A stretch of 64,000 nucleotides of DNA, taken from Rebecca billardiae RCC1528 (lineage: Eukaryota > Protista > Haptophyta). The stretch lies in the NCBI GenBank assembly GCA_965240325.2, contig OZ251242.1, positions 1,054,001 to 1,118,000 on the forward strand, written 5' to 3'. Position 1 is the first letter of the stretch. Every line of letters starts with the position of its first letter. The position numbers were made by a program, and so were the translations under genes. The notes beneath the pieces are model-generated. The model had not been told where the DNA came from. It made no database searches and saw nothing but the letters and a program-made list of their open reading frames with translations. Below are positions 32,030 to 42,778 of this stretch, in pieces.

Positions 32030-33688
32030 TCACGCATAGTTGTCGGCGAGAAGGTCCCACACCGCGCTCATCATCTCGTCCGTGATGAGCGCCGCATCGC
32101 CCGGCGCGGCGGCAATGTTTGGCAGCTGCCGGAAGAGCGCCTGCTGCGCCTGCTGAACTTTGAGCTGCGCGCTCGCCGAGCGCGCGCACTGGTGCGCCGC
32201 GGCGGCCGACACGGCGCCCGGTATTGCGGCTGCGAGCTGCGAGCTGTACGCGCCTGCAGGCTGTGGCTGCATCAGCTGCATCAGCTGCGACAGCTGGTGC
32301 GTGGTCGGCCGCGGCGGTGGCGCCGGCATCGGCGGCGGCTGCATGAGGTGCAGCGGCGGGTGCAGTGGTGGCGGCTCCAGCTGCTGCGGCTGCGACCGTC
32401 CGTGGCGCTGAAGCCGAAGCGCAAAGTCGGCGGCCGGCTGCGCATGCGCGAGCGCTGCCAGGCCCTGCGGCGCGACGTGTGCGTGGAGCCCCGTGCTGGG
32501 CGGCGACACCCCGCCAAAGCGCGCCGCGACGCCGGGTGCATCGTCGCTGTCGGTCGACATGCCGCTGTCGAGCGGCACGCCCATCGCGAACGTCGGCGAC
32601 GGCTTGGGCGCGTGGCCCATCAGGTTGCAGTGCCGCTTCAGCGTCGGGCCGGAGGAGAGGCGCATGCCGCACGTGCACTCGAACACGCGGCCGCACGCCT
32701 TCTGGTGCGTCGTGAGGTCCTCCTTGATGGCATACGACTTGGTGCCGCAGCGCGTGCACGTGTACCGCTTCTTGCCGCGGTAGTGCAGCCGCATGAAGTG
32801 CTTCTTCGCCTGGTACGACGTGGCGAAGACGCGATGGCACACGGCGCACGGCGTCGGCTCATCCCAACGCGTGCCAGCCGCGAGCTGCGCGTTGCCGTCG
32901 TCCGAGTCATCGTCGGCCGGCTCGGAACCGACCGAGCCAAACGTGCCGCCGCCGCCGCCGCCGCGGCTGCCGCCGCCGCTGCCACTGCCGCCGCCGCTGT
33001 CGCTGCCGCCTCCGGAGTCGGTGGTCGGCTGCTCGGAGGGCACCGAAGATGGCGCCGAGTCCGTCACGCACGTCGGCGCGCTCGCCAGTTTCAGCCGCTT
33101 CTGCCCCGCGTCGGTCGCGTCTGCGCTGTCGAGCTGAGGGCGCGAGTGCATCGTCGCGAGCGGCGGCTGTGCTGACGGGGCCACTCCGCCGCGCAGAAGG
33201 GAGCCGTCGGCGCCGACTCCCAACGGTGGCCATGGCGGCAAGTATGCGGGCGTCGGCATGGACGCTCCGCCCGCGCCACGGTTGTGCGCGCCGCTGCCGG
33301 CGGGCGCGGACGTGTGTTGCGTGGGCGTGGCACCGGCCGCAGCCTGCGTGCCCATCATGGACGTGCTCGGCGTCAGGCCCACGTATGGCAAGGCGAAGAG
33401 GCCGGACAAGAGCGCGTTGTTCGCGCTGCCGCCATACGCGGCACGGTCCATGTGCGACGGGCCCGTGGTGTCTGTCCGGAGCGCGCCGCCGCGCTCGCGC
33501 GCGTTGGGCTGCGCGCTCGGCCAGAGCGTCGAGGGCATCGTCATGGATGCCTGAGGCCGCTGCGCGTGCTGCGGCCACGCCGTGAGGTCGACACGCGGCG
33601 GCGCATTGGTTGCGGCCTCAGCGAGCGTGTCGTTGCGCATGCGCTCCTTCTGTGCGAGCAGGAGCGCCAAGGGGTCGGTGGGAAGCAT
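32030..33688 (-). CDS. C2H2/C2HC triple zinc-finger transcription factor, paralog 3
   Basis: TRWDEPTPCAVCHRVF..YQAKKHFMRLHYRGKKRYTCTRCGTKSYAIKEDLTTHQKACGRVFECTCG..TLKRHCNLMGH. Start uncertain (in-frame ATGs at 33688, 33766, 33889). Confidence 0.88.
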   Translation of the reverse strand: MLPTDPLALLLAQKERMRNDTLAEAATNAPPRVDLTAWPQHAQRPQASMTMPSTLWPSAQPNARERGGALRTDTTGPSHMDRAAYGGSANNALLSGLFALPYVGLTPSTSMMGTQAAAGATPTQHTSAPAGSGAHNRGAGGASMPTPAYLPPWPPLGVGADGSLLRGGVAPSAQPPLATMHSRPQLDSADATDAGQKRLKLASAPTCVTDSAPSSVPSEQPTTDSGGGSDSGGGSGSGGGSRGGGGGGTFGSVGSEPADDDSDDGNAQLAAGTRWDEPTPCAVCHRVFATSYQAKKHFMRLHYRGKKRYTCTRCGTKSYAIKEDLTTHQKACGRVFECTCGMRLSSGPTLKRHCNLMGHAPKPSPTFAMGVPLDSGMSTDSDDAPGVAARFGGVSPPSTGLHAHVAPQGLAALAHAQPAADFALRLQRHGRSQPQQLEPPPLHPPLHLMQPPPMPAPPPRPTTHQLSQLMQLMQPQPAGAYSSQLAAAIPGAVSAAAAHQCARSASAQLKVQQAQQALFRQLPNIAAAPGDAALITDEMMSAVWDLLADNYA

Positions 33689-33936
33689 TGGTGTCGTCGA
33701 TCTACGATTGGGATGGGTGTGCCAGCGTTGTGTTTTGAGGCAGAGGCTTCGCCGCGCGCTTCTCATCTTCAAGTTTCTCAGCCCGGGTGCGGTGTGCTTC
33801 TCCTCCTCGCTCAGTCTGACTGTGCAAAAGGTTCTCACACTTTCGCCACCGAACTGACCTTGAGTAGAAAAGTGGAACGTCGGAAACATCAGCGCTGCCT
33901 AATCGACTTCGTCGAGGTGCGTATCGATGATTGGAA

Positions 33937-34010
33937 TTGTAATCAATCCATCCTTTGGCTCACCCCAGATGGAAATCTGGGGTGAGGCAAGGATCTGGAT
34001 AATATTGCAA
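33937..34010 (+). other. Long hairpin/palindrome upstream of zinc-finger paralog 3
   Basis: Perfect 12-bp stem CTCACCCCAGAT-GGAA-ATCTGGGGTGAG (33959-33986), extended by TCCTT/AAGGA, ATCCA/TGGAT and TTGTAAT/ATTGCAA. Confidence 0.6.
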
Positions 34011-36844
34011 GTAAGAGGAACAATACGGCAAAATACAAGTTCATGTCAGAGGCCGGCGAAGTCGCCGCGACGCCGCGGCTTTGAAAGGTGAACGACCTAC
34101 GCCCAAATGTCCGAATAATCAGTGAGTGCTAATACACACGAACGATACGGGTCATCAGCCACTATTGAGATGCCATCATGCCCAGTTATGACTTGCACTT
34201 TTGGGGGGATTGCAAGTACGGTGTGCGCCCCGGGCAGTCCGGCTTTGAGAGAGGGCCCGTTTGGTGCTGGCCACCAGACTGATGATGATGAACACCGCCA
34301 TTACTCCGCTTTTGCAGTCGCCTGCTTACGCCTCTCCAGCGATTGCGACGATGTCCGCACACGAGCCGCCCAGTTGCCGCGCGATGGCCCGACGCGTGTG
34401 CTCTGGCACGAGCACGCTGCTCGGACCCCGCACGCATCAAGCCGCCGGGCAGTGGGGGATGTTACTGCCTGCCCGCAGCCCCCCGACTGCGGTCCGCGGA
34501 CGGCTGCAGCGACTGTTGGCTGATGTGGAGGGCAGATCAGCTGGTGTGTGAGGCGTGCCCACCGGCACGCCAGGCGCCGATACAGCCATGCCGCGGTACG
34601 GGTGCGATTGTTCTTCACGCCGGCCAGTGACCTTGAGCACAGATTGGGTCGACCGCGCGCGCGTGCAGTCCTAGTCGGGTGCAAGTTGCAGAGCCGCGGA
34701 CGCGGTCAACTTGCCGCAGGCGATGCCCCGCTGCGCTGCACGCAAGGATCGGCCCATCGGAAGGCAGTAGGCTGAGTCTGCGTGCCTGACTAGCGTCCAT
34801 TGCGATGCCGGAACGTTAGATGTCGACCGACCTCGGCTCATCGAACTAGGCCGTCGGGCCGTCGCGTCATCAACCTCCATGCTGCGCGAGAGGCTCGCTC
34901 GGCGGGTCAAAGTACGAGTACACTCGGCCACGTCCGGACCATATGGCGCCTGCATCACCGGACTAATTCCCTGAAAATTACCCCGCCTACATGTCATTGT
35001 AAGTAATTAATGAATGGTAGTATGGGGGTACGTAAAAGGTCGCTTCCCTACCCCCGATTCCTCGAAAGCAAACATTCCCGCGTTCGTTAATCCTTGAGAA
35101 GGTTACTCCAATGTTACTCTTATACGGGTTCGTCATCTCTCCTTTGAGAACTTTACTCCGCATCCCCACCTGGCTCCGGAGTCCGGACTTGTCCCCCGGG
35201 CGGGACGATGGCGGCCTACTCTTCAGGTATCGCGGCGGCTCAATCCGCACGCTCTCGCCCCGCCATCGCCGCGCTTGCCTCTTGCGCACTCCCATCCGCG
35301 CTCCCATCGTCCGGAGACGACGGGTCGATGCGGAGCACGATCTGATCGGGATGATCCGGGCCGAGAGCGGCCTGCGAGGGCTTGCTTGTTCGGCCCGTTT
35401 AGCCGGCCGCGTCGCGGTAGAGTTCAACCTCCCGGTGAACAGACCGAGCCCAGAGTACGGTCCAGGGGACTATGAGTGGTGCTCCGGTGCGGCTGCAAAC
35501 GAAGCGCAGGATGCTGCTTACACCGACGCGGCTTGCACTCGCGCTGAATTATCAGCGGCGCAGCCTGCTAGCCCCGGCCGACCTTATGTGACCGAGCGTC
35601 AGCATCGTCGTCAGTCATCAATCATCATACGTCGGTCCATCGTCGGATTCGTCGGCATATCACATCATCGTCCGCGCTGCGCCGGATACGCGGCTGAAAT
35701 GAGCCTTTAACAGGAGTACCGCGCGGAAGTACATGCGGCTGCACTAGTCGGATTTAATAATCGTCGATCATATATATAAATATATAGCCTCTACTCAGAG
35801 TCTAGTTTTAGATCGATCACTATTATATATAGGCCTGTTTCAATTCTGCGTGAGCCCGACGGCGACATCAGCCAAAACGCAGTAAAATGGCGGCTTCAGC
35901 CCACTTGTGCGGGTGCCGGCGGTGGTGCAGAGTAGTGGCGGCCCCGCGGCACGTCGTTGGCACATCCTCGTACTCAGACGCTGAGCTGTGGCGAAAGACG
36001 TTGCCAAGACATGCTGCTTCCACTTGCCGAGGTGCTTCGCCTTGACACAGGGGTAACTTGCGGCGCACGTGCGCGACGGCGAGCCGCGGCGTGAAGGCGG
36101 CAGCGGCGGGCCCGCTGCAAGCTGCAAGCACTTTGTGCTGGCTGCGTTTAGCCCGTGCCATGTGACGACCAAGACCGGTTGATAGAAAGCTAGTCTGCCA
36201 TCGAAACCAGCTCTACACGCTCCGCCGCCACTACCTTGTCGAGCTTGAGATGCTTCCGTTGCGTGTGCTCGCATGCAGCCTGCCGCCTGCATTTGAACGT
36301 GATCGCGGCAGGTCGGCTGGCCGGATTGTCACGCCTCCTCGGCGTAGACTACGACACGATGCGTGCCACACGCACCCATGACACGCCGAAAGGCGTATGC
36401 ACGCGTCTTCGCGCATCTGGCAGGCTGCAGTCTTGGCCAAATTGATGAGAACAAGCCTGCATCAAGCGCTCGCGGCGCAGGCGCGAGTCGCGGAGAGTTC
36501 TGGGATGACCCATGGTGCCTTGCTCGGGGACGCAACTCCTCCTCAACGGCTGCGAGCGGCGACACCGGAGCTAGATCGCTGCACTCAGCACTCCTCGCTG
36601 AGTGCAGCGTGACCCTCGGAGTCGTGCGTCTCGGCTTCCCGCCGGAGCCTTTGCGTCCCCGAGCGGGGCGTGACACCGATTCCCACTGGCGGGCACTGGT
36701 TTGTCGCCGTTGACATAGTAAATGGAATCATGCAGGTAGAATTAAATAAAACAGGCCTATATAACAAACTGTGCCCTGGCGGGCGGGGGGGTCGGCGGGC
36801 CGTGCCAGTGCTGTCGCAATGTATCCTCTGCGGGTTCGCGTCTT

Positions 36845-37500
36845 TCACTCTTTCCACATTCGCTTGTGGCCGTGGGTGACGGACAGTCTCAGAGTGCTGA
36901 AGGACCAGCGACGCGAGGCCGCCCACACCCACGAGGGAATGTGCAGCACGCGGGGCGGGACGGGTAGCCCGTTGCTCCGCGCGAGCGCGGGTACGCGCTG
37001 TATGTGCCGCATCTCGACCGCGATGGCGTAATCGAGCGCCTCGCCGCCGCCGAAGCCGCCAGAGTAGATCATGTGCATGTCCTCCTGCCGCCAGCCGAGA
37101 GCGGTCGTCGCGAGGATGCTTGCCGATGTCCGCTCCAGGCACGATGGGCTCGGCGCAGGTCGCGTTGACGTCGTACACGGCCGCCACGCTGAGCACGAGC
37201 GCGTTGACGTTCACGCGGTCGTCGTTCGCATCTTCGACAGGTCTGGCACCCGCGTGCTCGGCGGCACGAGGAGCTGTGGTTGTGCGCGCGCGCGCGCACA
37301 GCGACAGCGTGTGCCACTCGCGATCGAGAGTAGGCAAGCGCTGCTCACGCGGGCACACGAATCGCAGCGCATCAGTCACCAGCGTGACGACTTCCGCCTC
37401 GTCCCGCAGCGCCTGCGCCATGGACGAGGATGACGCGGCGATGTTGCATGCTCGACGATTCATCTCTCTGCGGATGGCATCACGGGCTTGTCTGTGTCGC
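36845..37500 (-). pseudogene. Possible frameshifted gene remnant of unknown family
   Basis: Protein-like, GC3-biased segments in two frames (..VNVNALVLSVAAVYDVNATCAEPIV.. then ..ILATTALGWRQEDMHMIYSGGFGGGEALDYAIAVEMRHIQ..), with no obvious intron at the switch. Confidence 0.25.
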
Positions 37501-38326
37501 GCTGCGGCGAGGGTCGCCAACTCGCGATGACGCGGTTGCTGCCACGGCGACAGACCCGGGAGATGCGTCCGCTGCGCGTCGTTTGCCGTTAGCGCTGCGC
37601 TTCCGTCGCATTGCTCACCGTCGACGCCATGCGCCATGCAGGCCGGACGTGGGCTTCGGCTGAGGGACCGGAGTCCGGACCGCGAGCGAGGACTGAGTCC
37701 GGTTCGCTCCGGCGATAGTTCACAAGGCCGCGCCAAAGCTTGCGTCGCGTGCGATGGCGCTTCCCGCCCGCGAGACGCCTCGTGATGAGGGCCGTTCCGC
37801 ACCGAGCCCGACGCGCGAGGTGAATCGAGCGAGGCGGCCATCGTGCGCAGCGCTTGATGCTATGGCCGGTGCGAGCTTTGGACGTGCACGTCCGGCGAGG
37901 ATCGCCCCAGGTCGCACGATCGTGTCGACGCGCCGAGCGTACCGCTCCAAACGCGTCGATTTAGCCCTCGTTCGACCTGCACGCGAGACGACGAGGGCAG
38001 CAATCGCGAATCGGGCGAAAACACCGTTCGGGAATCCCCGCGCGATGTCCGCGCCGGCGTTGGATTTGGCGCGCGCCGCCCACGCGCTCCGCGCCAGGCG
38101 CCAGATGGTTCATCGGCCGAGCGTCCCCAGTGGGAGAGCGCTGCGAGGGCGCCCGGTAGTGAGCGAAGCGATTTTCTTTTCTTGGCGAGGCGATTTTCTT
38201 TTTCCATTTCTTTTTCTTATCTTTTTCCCGGGCACTACAAGGGGCGGACCTACCGGTACGGCCCGCCATATTGCTGAGTGACTCACTCAGCTGAGTGACT
38301 CCGTCAGCCGCCTGCGCTACTAGGGC

Positions 38327-41111
38327 CTAGAGGTGCTTCGCGCTCAGGCCGCGCTTCTTATCCTTGATGAGCTGCGCGTACTTGGGCAGCAACGTCTCCT
38401 CCAAGTACTCGTCCAGCAGAAGAGCAAAGTCGGCGTCCGGCGGGCGCGCCGCGGCGGGCAGCTTCTCGTTGGCGATGCGCACGACCACGTCGCACCACTC
38501 CTCGTACACGAGCTCGTCCTCGTCGTCGTCGCCGCCCTCGGCCAGGGCCTGCGCGGGGACGCCCTCGGCGAGGAGCTCCTCGGTGGACTTGAGCGCGTTC
38601 TCCAGGTTGACCATTGTGAAGATGAGCGCGACCTTTTGGATGGTGAGGCTCTTGTCGAGAAGCCCGCCCTCGCGCACCTGGTGGCCGCGCGGTGTGCGGT
38701 GTGCGCGCGGGTGCGCGCGGGCGCGCACGCGAGCATCAGCTGGCTGGGCGGCGCGACACGTCGGCGCGCGGCTTGACGGCGGCGTGCAGCGGCGCTTGCG
38801 CGGGCGCACCATGAAGAGCAGCTCGTCCAGGTTCACCGAGTCCGCCGCCTGCCGCGCGTCCACCGACGAGATGTCCGCGGCCGCGTACGCCGCAAAGGCC
38901 GCCCGGAGTGCCTTCGCGTGCTTGTTCAGAATGGCGCGCACGCGGCGCGACTTGAGCTCGGCGACGAAGTCGTCGCTGGGCATCGCGGCGCGCGTGGTGG
39001 GCACGACGTGCTCCTCGAGCAGGTAGCGCACGCGCTCGCTCAGCGTCGCCATCGTGAACGTCGCCTCGGGCGAGGTGCCGAACTTCCAGTCCGCGATGCG
39101 CACGAGCGCGTTGATGAATTCCGCCTCGTCCATCAAGTCAGACGCGCCGTCGTCGTTGGCGCGCCGCACGCCCTCGCCGCTCTGCTTGGTGCGGAAGTCC
39201 ATGTTGGCGCGCTGGTAGATGAACTCGACCTGTGCGCGCGGCGGCGGCGGCGGTATCAGCGGCGGTACCGGCGGCGCGGCGGGCGCGCCCAGGCGCGCGG
39301 CGGTGGTGTGAGCCGACGCGCTCTCGCGCGCGGGCCGTGCGCGGCGCGCGAGGCTGGCCGCAGCGGCGGCGCGCGGACGCGCTGCGCACCTGCTGCATGG
39401 TGAGGCTCTTGTCCTCGACCAGCCCGGCGTCCCGCACGAACTTCTTGAAGTCGACGCGCGGCATCTCCTTCACGTTCATCCCGTCCTTCGAGCCGAGCAC
39501 GCAGCACAGCTTGAAGCACACGTGCAGCTCGCGCGCGTGGTCTTGCAGAACATTCTCGAGATCGGCGAGGACGCGCTCCTCAGGCGAGCGCGCGCGCTGC
39601 TCGACGGTGGCCTGGTTGACGGCCTGCTCGAGCTCCTCCATCCGGATCTGCTCCATCGTGCGCATCCGGCCCACCACGCGCGACGCGTGCGCCTGCACCA
39701 CGTCCGAGAGGTCCGTGTTGATCCACGCGCGCGGCACGGTCTCGTCCTCGCGCCTCACCGGCTCGGGCGTGCGCGTGTGCACGGCGACTGCGTCCGAGTA
39801 CTCCGACTCGCCGATCGAGTTGGCGCACTTGATGCGGAAGGAGAACCAGTTGTCCGCGGCGAGCCCCTCAAACCGCCGCTCCGTCACCCTCGCCGCGTCC
39901 TCGTGCCACGGCGTGAACTCGCGCACGCCGTCGAAGATGGTCCCGAGCTTCTGGTCCCAGCTGACGTCGTACCACGAACACTCGATCAGGAACTTGAAGA
40001 CCTCGTCGCCGCCGTCGTCCTCGGGCTCGCGCCAGCGCAGCGTGATCGCGTCGACGCCGGTGTGGATCACCTCGGGCGGCGGCGGCGCCGCTGGCGGCGA
40101 GAGCTGCCGGTGCGCCACCATGTCCAGCGCCGGGTTCGAGATCTCGACCGACGTATCGAAGAGGCGCGGCGGGCGGCGGTGCAGCTGCGTCTGAAAGAAC
40201 GGCCGGCGGTGCCCAATCCCTCGCAGCACCTGCGCGTAGGCGGCCTCGCCGCGCTGGCCGGAGGCGTCGATCTGCATCGCGCGTGCGTACGCGCGCCCCG
40301 CCTCCACCAGCTGCCCCTCGTGCACGCACGCCACGCCGAGCAGCAGCTGGTTGTCGGCGGAGGAGGGCGAGAGGCGCGTTGCCGCCTTGCAGTCGCTCAC
40401 CGCGTGCTGCGGCGAGCCGAGCCGGAGGTGCGCGCGCGCGCGGAAGCGGTGGAGCACGTCGGAGGAGGGCGTGGCCTGCAGCGTCTGGTTCAGCTCCTCC
40501 ACTGCGCGCGCGTAGTCGCGCCTGCCGTACGCCATCCGCGCGCGCGCCTTCGCGTCGCGGCTGCGCCGCCACTCCTCGGACGATTGGAGGTGGCGCGTGC
40601 GCATCTCGCGCTGCTCGCGGACGAGCTCGCGCCAGTGGTCCTCGGCACGCTCGAGCTCCTCGGCACTGAGTACCGTGGAGAGCTGTGGTGCCGTCGCGAT
40701 CATCCGAGCCATGTTGGGCTTGTCGCTCAGCGCGATGCCGCGTCCGGCGGGGCGGCGATTGCCGCCCGGCGCGGTCGCCGGCGGCAGGCGGCGGCGCAGG
40801 TATGCGGAGGTGGACGGGCGCAGCTCCTCCTGGGCGCCGCGGCTTCCAAAGGCGCCGACACCAGGGGCCGGGGATGCGGGGACGAACGGGCTCCGCGGCC
40901 CGCGCGATGAGCCGCCCGAGTCCACGCTGGGTGAGGCCAACCCACTCGCGCCGCCGCCGCCCATCGAGCGCGCCGACGAGCGCGGCTGCAGCAGGGACGG
41001 GCTCTTGGCCGCGCTCTGCGGCGGCGTGGACACGGCCTCCACGGCCATGTCGCCGCCTTCCTCCCTCCAGCTCGCCTCGCCCACGCTCAGGCTGGGCAGT
41101 GTCGTCACCAT
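38327..41111 (-). CDS. TPR + fibronectin type III + EF-hand-like protein (3 exons: 41111-39390, 39229-38810, 38677-38327)
   Basis: Three TPRs (AYGRRDYARAVEEL..RARAHLRLG..LLLGVACVHEG). FN3 (PPAAPPPP..ITLRWREPEDDGG..GLAADNWFSFRIKCANSIGESEYS). EF-hand-like helical tail (MDEAEFINALVRIA, LVYEEWCDVVVRIA). Two phase-0 GT-AG introns. Confidence 0.8.
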
Positions 41112-41668
41112 CCTGGCGGGCAGGTAGGTCTAGGTGGTCTAGTTGGCGCGCGCCACCATCGCGGGCGCTCAGCAAAGTTTCGCAGGACCGTCGACGTCTA
41201 GACTTTGGCCTTGGCGGAACTGCAGACCTGCCGGGCGGGTAAAAACAGACACCTAGATAACAGATGGAATCGCGCCCGAATAGGATGACCGGTAGGTAGT
41301 AGCACGTGAAACGTCGAGATCGGCGATTTTGAGATTCGCGTTCGTGTACCGTGCCCGTGCGATGTGGCACCGCCGGGCCAACCCGGCAGAATCCGAAGTA
41401 TATTGCCGTAGCTTGCACACGGCGGTGAACACCCGGTGACATCCTCACCGGTACTCAACGCGCGCGGATCCGGTCGCCGCCGAGCTCACCTGACACCTGG
41501 TGCTGCCACAGGCTGGGCACCACCGCGTATCGCGGTCGATCTGACGCTGCGCCGCGGCCTGCGGGCTGGCCGCGTCACAGTAGTAGTTGTCGCCGCTCTG
41601 ACGCACGACTGGGCATCGGTCGGACGTGCGAGGAGCCCGCCGACGCCGACAAATCCGATCTGGCAGCA

Positions 41669-42139
41669 TCACAAACCTGATGCACAGTCCACTGTCGAAG
41701 GGCGCACCCGGTGCTTGAGCGCTGCTCGGTCGTGTGCGCGCGCCGGCTGAGCTGCCGACCATCGCAGCACGCCACCGTCCGGCGTGTGCAACATGATATT
41801 GACCTTGCGCTTGGCCGCGAGCGAGCGTTCACGCTGATAGGCGGGTGGTAGAGGAAGCGGCCACGCGTTAATGTCACGGCCAAAGAGATGCAGCTGCGCG
41901 AATCCAACACTTGAGCCGACCGATGCACGGGCTGATCGCCGCACTGCCGTGCACGGGGACGGAGACTTTCTCTTGCTCGACACGCGACGCTTCGGACGCG
42001 AGACTGCGCTTGCGAAGGAACGGAGGCCAAGCTGCGCGAGAACGCGTTCATTTTCAGCAATCTGCAGCAGTCGTGCGCGCTCGTACTCGGACGAGTCGAG
42101 CTCATCTCGGGCGCAGTCGGCCGGGGTGTCGTCGCCCAT
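41669..42139 (-). CDS. Short or truncated protein with 'SEYE..R...I.EN...L..LGL' helix
   Basis: SEYERARLLQIAENERVLAQLGL followed by basic KRRVSSKRK..VRRSAR, as in the N-termini of CDCA7/WDR76-type nuclear proteins. No downstream domain; may be a remnant. Confidence 0.4.
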   Translation of the reverse strand: MGDDTPADCARDELDSSEYERARLLQIAENERVLAQLGLRSFASAVSRPKRRVSSKRKSPSPCTAVRRSARASVGSSVGFAQLHLFGRDINAWPLPLPPAYQRERSLAAKRKVNIMLHTPDGGVLRWSAAQPARAHDRAALKHRVRPSTVDCASGL

Positions 42140-42778
42140 CCTGGCGTAAAATCGTCCGGTCGTCCAGTGCTTCCCCGGTCCGGACTCCGACGAACGAAAG
42201 TTGCGCAGCACCGGACGCGCACGACGTTGGGTGTCTTAGTCAGTTTACAGTTAGTGCAGTGTTGGATGGCGTCGATCACGCGCCTTAACCAAGTGCGCAC
42301 GTTAAATCTGCTGAGTAAACTGTACCATAGCTAGCCATAGGCGGATTTAGGATTAGTCAGCCTTATGAGTTATGTGAGTATGAGACATTACAGTATGAGT
42401 AACGCTGTAACGCTCACGCTGCAGAGTCGCTGACTGAGTCACCGCGCCTGCTTATGAATCACACACGCGGACGGTTTAGGCACACGACTCTATTCCGGGG
42501 CAGTCTCCCGGGGCTGCACTAAGACTTCTCGTCTGATACTAGTGAACTCAGTCGCCGACTGGCGACCGGTCGACTTCCGAGTGGCGAGTTCCGTAGTTTA
42601 CTGACGCACGGCTGATTTACAGCGGACTCCTAATGACGCACCGGACTCACCGCGCTCTAATCGTCAGCCCACTCGCCGGCCGCCCGCGACCGCGCCGCCC
42701 TGCGACGGCTCAGGCTGAGGCTGCGCCCGCATCCGGTGTCAGCAGCACCGACGGGAGCGAGCTCGATCGGTGTGACCC

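Noticed and set aside
38233-38245. CACTACAAG resembling a CACTA transposon end
   Set aside because: No matching inverted terminus or TSD found; under 100 bp from a gene end.
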